Part shown: piece after piece, positions 26,201 to 37,380 of the stretch | Position numbering within the stretch: position 1 is the stretch's first letter | Layout of the letters: the number at the start of each line of letters is the position of its first letter | Notes under the pieces: model-generated | Database searches by the model: none | What the model was told of the DNA's origin: nothing | What the model saw: only the letters and a program-made list of their open reading frames with translations | Program-made: the position numbers and the translations under genes | Source: Octopus vulgaris | Lineage: Eukaryota | DNA: 64,000 nucleotides | Direction: 5' to 3' | Assembly: GCA_951406725.2 (NCBI GenBank) | Contig: OX597815.1 | Coordinates: 174,406,001 to 174,470,000, forward strand

Positions 26201-29200
26201 TGTTTGTCTCCCAACCATTGCTTTACAACTGATGTTGGTGTGCTTACGTCCCTGTCACTTAGCGGTTCAGCTTAAGAGACCAATAAAGTACTAAGCTTAC
26301 AAAGGATAAAGTTCTAGGGGTTCAATTTGTTCGACTAAAAAACCCTTTAAGGTGATGCTCCAGCATGGCCACAGTCAAAAAGTGACTGAAACAAGTAAAG
26401 GAATAAAAGAATATTAGCTAAAACTGAAAGTTCAAAAGAGAAAATTGACGTGTAGCTTTTTTTTTAACATGGTTGGCTACATGAAATGAAAGTGTAAAAT
26501 ACCTCATGATATTTAGTTACATCCTTTTGTTCCAAATTCAAATTCTTCAGTGCTTGGCTTTACGTTTCATCTCCCCAATGTTGATGCACAAATATATATT
26601 GGGGATTGAGTTAATTGACTGTAACCTGCCTCAAAATTTCTGATTGTGTGCCAATGTTAGAAATCATTATTGATATGCTTTGTATTATTATATAAATATT
26701 TTGTTGTGTCTGGGGAGAGTCATACTGCCTTAATATCTAACACACTTACCAGTTCAATTTCCACTCATTATTTATTATTTTTTCCTTTCCAAAATTTTCA
26801 TTGTTTTTTGCCACCTTGTCAATGGACATTGACTATTAAGGCAGTATGACTCCCCAGACACAACAAAATTTGTTTCAACACATGAATTCACATAAAGAAT
26901 CTTGCAAACCAGATACAAAAATGAATTATATAAATATTGTTATTCTTCATAACACTAACATGTAGAATAGATGAAAATAGAAATACCCTGTGGAATTGTA
27001 ATTGGTTTATAAATGCTTGCTTTCTGACATAAAATTATAAATGCTTGCTTTCTAACATAAATATACCTTACTTTTTGCATATATACTGCTGTTAGGTTTG
27101 ATGTGAAATGTCTTTGATTTGCACAAATTGAATTTGAAGGTACCAAATTATTGATTTTTTTTTTTACTTTGTTGAAGCAAATAAGGAAGTGTTATGTGGA
27201 AATGAATATTTTATTTATTTTAATTTTTATATTGATTTTTTTTATTTTACCTTTTGATTCGAAAATAAATCGATATTAAAGTGTGTTAGGGACATGGTGA
27301 TGATAAAATCAGCAAAGTCCTTCAGTTCATCATTTATCGTTATCTTCATTCTTTCAAGATTTTATCACTTCAATTAGGTTACTAGAACAGAAACAAGTAA
27401 TAGATTTAAGTGATTTGATTACATATATCTGCATATCTCTTCTAGCTTGTTCTACTTATTTCAATTTAGATTAGTATTATCAACATCTATTAATGTTCAT
27501 ACATAACTTCAAAACAGAGGTTGGATATGAGGGATAACATTTTGAAACTTGAGATTTTGGGATTAAATAAATGGAAAATTACTGTTTGAAAAACGTTCTT
27601 GTCAACAAAATACTCTTATAAAGCATAACCCTTTAGCATTTAAACAGGCCATATCCGGCCAAAATATTCTACCTGTTTTAGGTTCAAACCAGCCAGGTAT
27701 GGCATCTCACACCAAACCAACTATATCCTAAAAATAAATAGTTACCTCGTCAAAATCTCCAAGTTTCAAGGTAGTGCATGATTAATTCAAAAGAATGTGT
27801 ATAAATAAGCAATACATTTGAAAGGGTAATCTGAATGCTGTGGAGGCGCATGGCTTAGTGGTTAGGGTGTCAGCATCATGATTGTAAGATTGTGGTTTCG
27901 ATTCCTGGACTGGGCAACATGTTGTGTTCTTGAGCAAAACGCTTCATTTCACGTTGCTTCAGTCCATTCAGCTGGCAAAAATGAGTAACGCTGCAATGGA
28001 CTGGCGTCCCATCCAGCTGGGGAACACATACACCATTGAAACCGGGAAATCGGGTCTATGAGCCTGGCTAGGCTTTAAAAGGGTGCATTTATTTTTATTA
28101 TTTTAATTGTTTTCTTTTTTAAGATTTCCAAGTACGTTAACACCAACATCAAAAGGAAAATCAAATGGAAATTGTAGTTAAGATACCCATGCCGGTGACA
28201 CGTTAAAAGCACTGTCTGAATGTGGCAGATGCCAGTGCTGCCTGACTGGCATCCATGTCAGTGACACGTAAAGGCACCAACCGATCATGGCCGTTTGCCA
28301 GCCTCCTGTGGCCCCTGTACTGGTGACACGTAAAAAGCACCCACTATACTCACGGAGTGGTTGGCGTTAGGAAGGGCATCCAGCTGTAGAAACACTGCCA
28401 GATCAGACTGGAGCCTGGTGCAGCCTCCTGGCTTCCCAGACCCCAGTCAAACCGTCCAACCCATGCTAGCATGGAAAACGGACGTTAAACGATGATGATG
28501 ATGAAACCACATATTTCAATAAAGGCTACAATGAATTTACCTATTTTACAAAAGTTACACAATGATTGTCACGTTTTCATCTATCAAATTATAGTTTAAA
28601 TAGCAATAACTCTGTCAGATTTTAATTATTTATTTTATTTTATTCTAGGTATGATGGAAATATGGCCAGATTACTGCACTAGTTTAGCCAAAAAAGAACT
28701 CTTGTATACTGGTGTATTTGGTGTAGCTGCCTGGCTTTGTGGCACAATCTTTATTGATCGATTAAATCATGAAAAAGCACTTAAAACGCTGGTGGATACA
28801 GCAGAAATTATTACAAAAAAACAGGTACATTATTTTATTTCTAAGACTAAATTTTTTTTCTTTTTCTATTTGCTGTCAATTTTGGTATTGTTGAATATTG
28901 CATTGACTTTTATATTTGTTCATCTTTTTTTCTCAGATTCGCTTATTCACATTCCCAGAGGGTACTCGAAATCGTGATGGACGCATGTTACCATTCAAAA
29001 AGGGTGTTTTCCATTTGGCAGTTCAGTCCCAGGTATGCTGATGTAATTTGCCCTTTTGATAATTTAAACTGGCCATATCTGGCCCAGATATTCTACCTGT
29101 TTTATGTTCAAACTGTCACATTCTGGCCTCTTACAATATCACTCTAAAAATATACAATCACATCATTGAAATCTCAGAGCTACAATATGATTAATTCAAA

Positions 29201-29808
29201 ACTATGTGAATTGATAACTATTAAATTTGACAGAGTAATCTGAACGCTAAAAGGTGAATGTCTCATCTTCCTTTATCTAGTAGTGATTGAATCACCTTTA
29301 TAATCAAACATGTAAACTATGATAACTAAAATGAATACAATCTGCATAAATTAGAACTCACTCTCACACATGCATCAATACCTCAGTAGTTAATTTTTTT
29401 CTCCAAGTTTTCTCTTTCCCTGTAGTTGTATATGTGTGTATAACCACCATCTTCTCTCATTTTCCAGCTGGGATAGTCATGTCTCTCCTCTACAGCAAGA
29501 CACCTGTTCCTATCCTCTATCATACACTTGCCTCTCAACACCTGGCATAAGACACCTCCCTCAATACTACTTCCTCTCAATCATGGGGTCTTGTCTTGTG
29601 AGCTGCTTCATGACCTCACTTGTGCCAGTGACAGGGAAAAGCACCCAGTACAATTTGTACATTGGTTGGCATTAGGAAGGGCATCCAGCTGTAACACCCA
29701 TGCCAAAACAGATATTAGAAATTGACAGTCCTCTGGCCTGTCAAATCTGTAAAACTGTCCAACCCATGCCAGCATGGAACACAGATGTTAAATGGAGATC
29801 ACAAGCAT

Positions 29809-29855
<47 letters not shown>

Positions 29856-30769
29856 GGCAAAACTAGGCTTAGTCTGGTGATCCTAGCGACGGTCATATGG
29901 CAGTTACCTCCCATGTCAGTATATCTTTATATATAAAAGTCAAGTTGTGTGTCTGTCTCCTATGATTTAGATTCCTAAATACTCCCACATTTTGCGGTGC
30001 AGTTTAACCAAAACCGGGTATCTTATAGTTGTGATTCATATCGAGCCCTTCTGGGTATTAGCGTGCGTCTACGATGAGTCTACGATTTAAAAAAAAATTT
30101 ACCATCATTTTTTTCCATTTTAATGCATTTTTTTCGATATTATATAAGGAAAGTAACTCTCTAAAATGTCTACGATAAGTCAACGATTTAAAAAAAAATT
30201 TACCATAATTTTTTTTCCATTTTTAATGCATTTTTTTGCTATAACTCTCTAAAAATGCTTAAATAGTTATTTCCCTTACAAACCCGAGCAACGCCGGGCG
30301 ATACTGCTAGTGTCTATATATTGCACTCTTCTTACAACATTAGGAATATTTTAACTCTTATTTTTAGCAAAGTAGGTGCTTCAGCACACTTAGTGACGAT
30401 AAAATTTTTCCTTTATAGTATTACATTGCACCTAGCTGTTTATATTAATATATATATATATTTAATATAAACAGCTAGGTGCAATGTAATACTATAAAGG
30501 AAAAATTTTATCGTCACTAAGTGTGACTAAGGGTGCTGAAGCACCTACTTTGCTAAAAATAAGAGTTAAAATATTCCTAATGTTGTAAGAAGAGTGCAAT
30601 ATATAGACACTAGCAGTATCGCCCGGCGTTGCTCGGGTTTGTAAGGGAAATAACTATTTAAGCATTTTTAGAGAGTTATAGCAAAAAAATGCATTAAAAA
30701 TGGAAAAAAATTATGGTAAATTTTTTTTTAAACCGTTGACTTATCGTAGACATTTTAGAGAGTTACTTT

Positions 30770-30838
<69 letters not shown>

Positions 30839-30955
30839 TAGATATATACGTATATATACACAGATAGATAGATAGATATATACATATATATACACAGATA
30901 GATAGATAGATAGATATATAGATAGATAGATATATATACACAGATAGATAGATAG

Positions 30956-30986
<31 letters not shown>

Positions 30987-31021
30987 GATATATACATATA
31001 TATACACAGATAGATAGATAG

Positions 31022-31070
<49 letters not shown>

Positions 31071-31777
31071 TAGATAGATATATACATATATATACAGAGA
31101 TAGATAGATAGATATATACATATATATACACAGATAGATAGATATATACATATATATATAGATATATATATATATACACACATATATATAGATATATAGA
31201 TATATACATATAGATATATATATATATAGGCGCAGGAGTGGCTGTGTGGTAAGTAGCTTGCTAACCAACCACATGGCTCCGGGTTCAGTCCCACTGCGTG
31301 GCATCTTGGGCAAGTGTCTTCTGCTATAGCCCCGGGCCGACCAATGCCTTGTGAGTAGATTTGGTAGACGGAAACTGAAAGAAGCCTGTCGTATATATGT
31401 ATATATATGTATGTGTGTTTGTCCCCCTAGCATTGCTTGACAACCGATGCTGGTGTGTTTACGTCCCCGTCACTTAGCGGTTCGGCAAAAGAGACCGATA
31501 GAATAAGTACTGGGCTTACAAAGAATAAGTCCCGGGGTCGATTTGCTCGACTAAAGGCGGTGCTCCAGCATGGCCGCAGTCAAATGACTGAAACAAGTAA
31601 AAGAGTAAAGAGTAAAAGAGTATACATATATATAGATATATATATATATACTCACACACATACATATATATATATATATACACATACATACATATATATA
31701 ACCCATGCTAGCATGGAAAGCGGACGTTAAACGATGATGATGATGATACGTGTATATATATATATATATATATACAT

Positions 31778-31811
<34 letters not shown>

Positions 31812-32135
31812 GCAGTGAGGGCGCGTGGCTTAGTGGTTAGGGCATTCGGCTCATGATCGTAAGGTTGTGAGTTCGATTCCCGGCGACGCGTTGTGTCCTT
31901 GAGCAAGACACTTTATTTCACGTTGCTCCAGTCCACTCAGCTGGCAAAAATGAGTTGTACTTGTATTTCAAAGGGTCAGCCTTGTCACTCTCTGTGTCAC
32001 GCTGATTATCCCCGAGAACTACGTTAAGGGTACACGTGTCTGTGGAATGCTCAGCCATTTGCACGTTAATTTCACGAGCAAGCTGTTCCGTTGATCGTAT
32101 CAGCTGGGACCCTCGTCGTCGTAACCGGCGGAGTC

Positions 32136-32177
<42 letters not shown>

Positions 32178-35100
32178 CACACATATATATATATCAATTG
32201 CTTTTCCCTCCATTTATTATATGCTATCATGAATTAGATGAATGTATTACTGATGCACAATTGCTATTGCAAAAACATTGGTCCACCATAGTCAAGAAAA
32301 AAAAACAGAATTTTAAAGTGTTTTGTATATTAAAATTATGAAAAGACGTGGAAAATAAAAATAGTATGAAGCCTCATTGGATTTTTAGAATGGAGTTAAA
32401 ATTGACTTCTTGGTAACAAGTTTAAATTCCAATCAGAATCGTATGATGAGAAAATTGCACACTGAGTATATTGAACTTGAATGAAAATGTAGTTTTTACT
32501 GAAATAGAAAGTAAACTGTAATAATGTTATTTAGTTGAGCTACTAAATAGCAGTTTTCACCAGTGAATTTTAACCCTTTGGTATTCAGATTACTATTAAA
32601 TGTATTTCAATGATATGAGTATATATTTCAATGATGTGAGTTTTTTTGTTGTTGTTGTTTTTTTGTTTTTTTTTTAGAAGGCCATTATAAGATAGATCTG
32701 ACTTGGCTTAAACATAAAACTGATAGAGTATTTGTGCCGGATATGGCCAGTTTAAATGTTAAATGGTTAAACTATATACTGATATTTAGAGTCATGAACT
32801 AATGCATACTGTAAAGTGTAAAAAAAAATCTATTTGATGAGTCTTTATTTTTGTTAATATTAAAAAAAAATTTTTATCACTTAAAAACATTTTTAATTAT
32901 CTCTCTTTAAAAGCTTTAGATAAATTAAGTAGCATTAATGAATTAGTTCACTGTAAATGTATCCATTTTATTAAGAGTTTTATTCTTTTCACTCACTCAC
33001 TCACACACACAATTTTACTCAAATTGTCATTTTTTAAAAATCTGTTACATTGGAATACCACATGAGCACGGAACTGATTCTTAATAAATTCATTAGCTTT
33101 TATGCCTGAAATACAAATTTCTCCTTTAATAAATTGAGCTACTGATAATATTTCAATTAAAAATTAATGTATAATCCATTGTAGCTAATATTCATTGTGT
33201 GGTTTTTATATATTAACAAAGCTTCATTGTTTTTCCTCATAGAATTATTCAAATCTATTTAAAAACAAAATCTTTTAATCCAAAATGTATGGTTAATTTG
33301 ATACTGAGTGGAAAAGTGCTGGTGGATAATAGTAATGAGAGTGATTAGCAAAGAGAGACAGATGTGTGGGGAGTAAACCAAGGAAGATTTGAAACATTAA
33401 TTAATTAAAATGTAGAGGTTATTAATCTGGACAGTTGAGATACTGGTGGACAATGCTGACTTTTAAGGCTTCATCATTATGCAGAATTGTCCCAGTAGTA
33501 GTAGTAGTAATATGGGGGAATGAGCTGTAACAGTGCTATACCATTTCCACCATGTGTTGGCAACTCCCTACTACTCCTGGCTGATGATACCTTTGCACCA
33601 CTCAGGCAACAACCCTGCAGCCCATGGCTGTGTTTAGGTAGTCATTGCTGGTGCGGGTTTTACTAGGAAGAACAAATCCTACTTCAACCTCATTTAGTCA
33701 CTCCATCGCCCATCGCTACTGTCTTTATATCCTTCCTAACTACTTCCACTTTCCCTTATATAATGTGTGGTAGTCATGTATCCCCTCTGTAGTAAGACAC
33801 CTATGCTTTCCTTCTATCATACTTTAGCACATGATTCTAGATACAGTCCCACTGCATGGAACCTTGGTCTTCTACTATAGTCTTGGGCTGACCAAAGCCT
33901 TGTGAATGGATTTGGTAAATGGAAACTGAAAGAAGCCTGTCATATATATATATCATCATCATCATCATCATGCGTCCGCTTTCCATGCTAGCATGGGTTG
34001 GACGGTTCAACTGGGGTCTGTGAAGCTGGAAGGCTTCGTCAGGCCCAGTCAGATCTGGCAGTGTTTCTACGGCTGGATGCCCTTCCTAATGCCAACCACT
34101 CCGTGAATGTAGTGGGTGCTACCTATGTGTGTGTCTCTATTTGTACCCCCATCACTGCTTGACAACTGGTGTTGGTGTGTTTATGTCTCTATAACTTAGC
34201 AGTTTGGCAAAAAGACCAATAGAATAAGTATTAAGCTTTAAAAATAAAAAAAATAATAATAATGAAATTATTGTATACAGTGCTCAGGTGCACCACAACT
34301 TGTCAGAAAGTGCGTATAAAGTACATGCAGTAATGTACAAGTGTCTGGAAAGCAAACAATGTATGAGTCTGGCGAATCTCAGAAAGCATGGAAGTTTTGA
34401 AGGATGCAGTGCTCCGACAACTAACAACTGATGCCGGCAGTTTGTTCCATGCTTCAGCAACTCTCAGTGTGAAAAAATGTTTCCTAAAGTCATGGAAGCT
34501 GTGCTGTTTTCTGACTTTGTAAATATGTCCACGGGTGTTAGACGGGTGGAGTTTGAAAAGGTGCTCAGAGTTATTGTTTGTAAGATGGTTGATAATTTTA
34601 TGTGTGTCTGCCAAGTCAGCTGCCAGATGTCGGAGTTTCAATGTGTCCATGCCCAGGGAAGTAAGGCGTTCAGAATATGGCAAATGCCTGATGGAGGGTA
34701 TTCTTTTGGTTGCACGTCGCTGAACAGCTTCCAGACGATTGATATCCTGGGCAAGATAGGGGTTCTAGACTGGTGATGCAAATTCCAGGTGAGGTCTTAC
34801 CATAGCTGTATAAGTCCTGGGGTTGATTTGTTTGACTAAAATCCTTCAAGGCAGTGCTCCAGCATGGCCACAGTCAAATGATGGAAACAAATAAAAGAAT
34901 AAAATGAAAAGTATCTAATACACACTGTAAAGTGGTTGGCATCAGGAAGGGCCTCTAGCTGCAGAAACCATACCAAAGCTGACACAAGGTATTGGTACCT
35001 GTTGCTGTACTTATTGGGTTTTGCAGCATATGGTAACAAGATTTAAATGATCCAAGAAAGAATTTAGTTTTTAAAGACAGATCCTTTTGTTCCATAATTA

Positions 35101-36850
35101 ATTGTTAAAAAGTTGAAGGAGTTAACTTATGGATGACTTTTATTTTCAGGTTCCAATCGTACCAGTTATCTTTTCGTCATTTCAACCATTTTATAGCAAA
35201 AGCGAAAAAAAATTGGAGCCTGGTAATTATACTTTGAGTTTTTTCAAAATTGAAATGATTTTTAGCTTAGAGTTGCTTCATAATTATTGAGCATTCTTTC
35301 ATAGGCTTGTCATAAAAAATCCTTGTTTCATTTGTGTAAACTACTTAAATTTTATATTTGCTCAGCATTTTACTGGTTAACAAAGATTTGCTGCTAGTAG
35401 TAATACAAATAAATGTCATAAGTAGGCATGAATTTGAAATTTAGTTTGTATTGTCAGATTTAGCCATTTCACTTCACTTATCTCATTTATGCTCTTGAAA
35501 ATGTCTGACATTTTCATACAAACTATAGGCTTTCAGCTCATTTGGAGAAAGCAGCAAGAAAATCTTCTAGTATGGTTATATAACTGATGTCATGTCAAAT
35601 CTGGCTACAATGGAACTTAATCTTCTCCCGAAAGACAATGATAAGAAAGTAATAAAATATACTATCAAGTATTAGAGTTTACTTCAACTATGATAACAAA
35701 TAGCTGATGCAATAGTTTATATATATTATATAATGGACTTTTTGTATACAATGAACTACAACTCATCAAAAAAAAAATGACCAAACCTGCATGAACAGTA
35801 CTTAGAATATACACAGGAAGTGAACAGTAAATAAGTCTTTTAAAAAAAATGGAGTAAGGGGCATCAAGTGTACTGTAGGCGGATTTTAGGAAGCATGGAG
35901 GTTTTGAAGAATATTTGTATTAATTTCTTAATTAGTGAGTTTTGTTGCATTGTAATATGAGAGAAAATAAAAAGCTTCAATAGATGTTTGAAGTTTAACT
36001 GGAATGGGGTTTTTTTCTTTTTTTTTTTTTTTATAATCAGAATATATTCTAGCTTTTGTTTTCTTCATAAAAGAAAATTAGATGCACTCTAACCTTTGAC
36101 AGCATAAATATTTTAGCTAATGTGGGATCTATCCTTTTTCTTTTATTTGTACTTCTGTTTCTTATCCCCCCCTCTCTCTCTCTCTCTCTCTCTCTAATCT
36201 AGTAACATGGCAGAGAATACTGGTTGTCTAATATAGTTTGAAATAGTTCATGCTTTTTAAATGCACTGTTTTAAATATTCACTTCATTTTGAAAATATAT
36301 GGGCAAATTCAATGTGTTATTTTCATTCTGCTCTCTTTTTATTTTCTTCCTTTTGTTAACTATAGGTAAATTTATCATTACTATCCTACCTCCGACCCCA
36401 ACAACTGGTCTGAAATCAACAGATGTCAATGATTTATGTGAAAAAATCCAAATTCAGATGGAGAATGTCTATTACAAAACTTCCCATGAAGTTTCACCTA
36501 TTGTTTTCGGCAGTTCAAATACTTCAAAGGAGAAACGACCCTTATCAGTGTCACCAAGTTCACTGACTGATTCTGGAGGATTAGGAGTCTTAGAAAGGAT
36601 TGAAGAAGAGTCTGCTGAGACTAATGTAGAAACAATCAGTCCAGATGTTAGCACAAAGGAAGAACAGAAACTACATGCTGACAGAATTAGAGAAGCAACA
36701 GTTGCTGATGCACATGTTACCATGGGGAAAATAAATAAAAGTAAACAAACTGAAAATACAGAAGAATTAGCTCAGAAAATTGTGGCAAAGACAGTTAAAG
36801 AAGCACAGGAACTTGTAAAAGCAAATTCTTTCAAAGAAGCAGAAAAATGA
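14099..36850 (+). CDS. AGPAT1: 1-acyl-sn-glycerol-3-phosphate acyltransferase (LPAAT alpha/beta-like), spliced CDS join(14099..14235,28649..28824,28937..29032,35150..35222,36366..36850); 5' coding exon not identified
   Basis: Five exons with canonical AG/GT boundaries and compatible phases. They encode acyltransferase motifs I-IV (NHQSSLD, GTIFIDR, FPEGTR, VPIVPV) plus PFKKG. Assignment to AGPAT1 versus AGPAT2 is not resolvable; it is probably a co-ortholog. Confidence 0.93.
14800..15950 (+). mobile_element. hAT (Charlie/SPIN/GTF2IRD2-like) transposase relic
   Basis: Eroded motifs [24 protein letters not shown] and YFYELRNE in broken frames; boundaries approximate. Confidence 0.5.
18228..18598 (+). 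mobile_element. 3' end of a second CR1-type LINE with (TAAC)n tail
   Basis: Encodes [14 protein letters not shown]...LRGHSEKL...[13 protein letters not shown]; tail at 18573-18598. Confidence 0.8.
19639..19853. mobile_element. piggyBac-like MITE (~215 bp)
   Basis: CCCTTTAGCATTTA ... TAAATCCTAAAGGG|TTAA. Confidence 0.7.
20501..20843 (+). mobile_element. tRNA-derived SINE with 9-bp TSD
   Basis: A box TGGCTCAGTGG, B box GTTCGATTCC, TSD AATATGTCA at 20492-20500 and 20844-20852; related heads at ~1349, ~6530, ~27841 and ~31812. Confidence 0.85.
26701..26924. mobile_element. Penelope-like insertion with internal inversion and 14-bp TSD
   Basis: Direct repeat ATTATATAAATATT at 26687-26700 and 26925-26938; ~35-bp inverted arms at 26700-26735 and 26834-26868; related sequence at 42070-42215. 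Confidence 0.55.
27841..28105 (+). mobile_element. tRNA-derived SINE
   Basis: Same head as 20501; the 3' part matches 1475-1550. Confidence 0.75.
28140..28503 (+). mobile_element. Abundant retroposon 3' module ending in GACGTTAAAC(GAT)n
   Basis: GGAGTGGTTGGCGTTAGGAAGGGCATCCAGCTGTAGAAAC...CCATGCTAGCATGGAAA; other copies at ~11210-11612, ~17150-17350 (-), ~29630-29795, ~33953-34120 (-) and ~53300-53470. Confidence 0.8.
28649..28824 (+). CDS. AGPAT1: AGPAT exon with motif II
   Basis: Acceptor tattctag|GT and donor CAG|gtacat; 176 nt; encodes [59 protein letters not shown]. Confidence 0.93.
28937..29032 (+). CDS. AGPAT1: AGPAT exon with motif III
   Basis: Acceptor tttctcag|ATT and donor CAG|gtatgc; 96 nt; encodes [32 protein letters not shown]. 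Confidence 0.94.
29924..30310 (+). mobile_element. Non-autonomous Helitron
   Basis: 5' TC, 3' GC-rich hairpin CCCGAGCAACGCCGGG followed by CTAG, inserted between A and T with no TSD; internal ~100-bp tandem duplication. Confidence 0.8.
30141..30777. repeat. Long near-perfect inverted repeat (palindrome)
   Basis: Arms ~30141-30447 and ~30463-30777 are reverse complements around a (TA)n spacer. Confidence 0.95.
30773..31228. repeat. Compound (TA)/(GA)/(GATA) microsatellite
   Basis: Directly visible low-complexity tract. Confidence 0.95.
31229..31620 (+). mobile_element. Second SINE family with internal (TA/TG)n and (GAGTAAAA)n tail
   Basis: GGCGCAGGAGTGGCTGTGTGGTAAG...GGTTCAGTCCC head; other copies at ~16196-16584, ~26015-26411, ~33840-34905 (split), ~48390-48766, ~54960-56605 (-, split by mariner) and ~56875-57250 (-). 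Confidence 0.85.
31812..32136 (+). mobile_element. tRNA-derived SINE, CpG-rich young copy
   Basis: A and B boxes (TGGCTTAGTGG, GTTCGATTCC); the body matches 6600-6820. Confidence 0.8.
32574..32766. mobile_element. piggyBac-like MITE, opposite orientation
   Basis: TTAA on both sides; CCCTTTGGTATTCAGATTAC start. Confidence 0.65.
34252..34810 (-). mobile_element. 3' end of a CR1-type LINE with (ATT)n tail, inserted in a SINE
   Basis: ORF 34303-34683: PYSERL...TRGHIYK...[14 protein letters not shown]. Confidence 0.85.
35150..35222 (+). CDS. AGPAT1: AGPAT exon with motif IV
   Basis: Acceptor tattttcag|GTT and donor G|gtaatt; 73 nt; encodes [24 protein letters not shown]. Confidence 0.92.
36366..36850 (+). 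CDS. AGPAT1: AGPAT last coding exon with long acidic/Ser-rich C-terminal extension
   Basis: Acceptor aactatag|GT; [32 protein letters not shown] matches the AGPAT C-terminal fold; the frame stays open to TGA at 36848-36850. Confidence 0.88.
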
Positions 36851-36947
36851 GTAGGTATTATTGTTACTTTACAGGTTAGAACACACATAACACCCTTTTC
36901 ATCACATACAGAACAAAATTAGAATAACTAACAAGGTAGTTTGTATG

Positions 36948-37380
36948 CAGTGGTAACGAGCTGGCAGAATCGTTAGCACACCGGGTGAAACGCTTAGCGA
37001 TGTTTCATCTGCCGTTACGTTCTGAGTTCAAATTCCGCTGAGGCCGACTTTACCTTTCATCCTTTCGGGGTTGATAAATCAAGTACCAGTTACGCACTGG
37101 GGTCGATGTAATCGACTTAATCCCTTTGTCTGTTCTTGTCCCCTTTATGTTTAGCCCCTTGTGGGCAATAAAGAAATAAGAATCATTAGCATGCTGGGCA
37201 AAATACTTAGCAGCATTTTATCCATCTTTACATTCTGAGTTCAAATTTTGTCAAGCTTGACTTTACCTTTCATCCCATTCAGGGTTGATGAAACAAGTGC
37301 CAGTGAAGCACTGAAGTCAATGTAATCAATTTACCCGTTCCCCTGAAATTGGTGGCCTTATGCCAAAATTTTAAACCAAT
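36948..37380 (+). mobile_element. Two tandem SINEs of a third family about 100 bp after the AGPAT stop
   Basis: Repeated GAATC(G/A)TTAGCA...TTCTGAGTTCAAATT...GACTTTACCTTTCATCC core. Confidence 0.7.

Noticed and set aside
28825-28977. Continuation of ORF 28651-28977 as coding sequence
   Set aside because: It reads through a 112-nt GT-AG intron; the FPEGTR motif lies in a different frame after the acceptor at 28936
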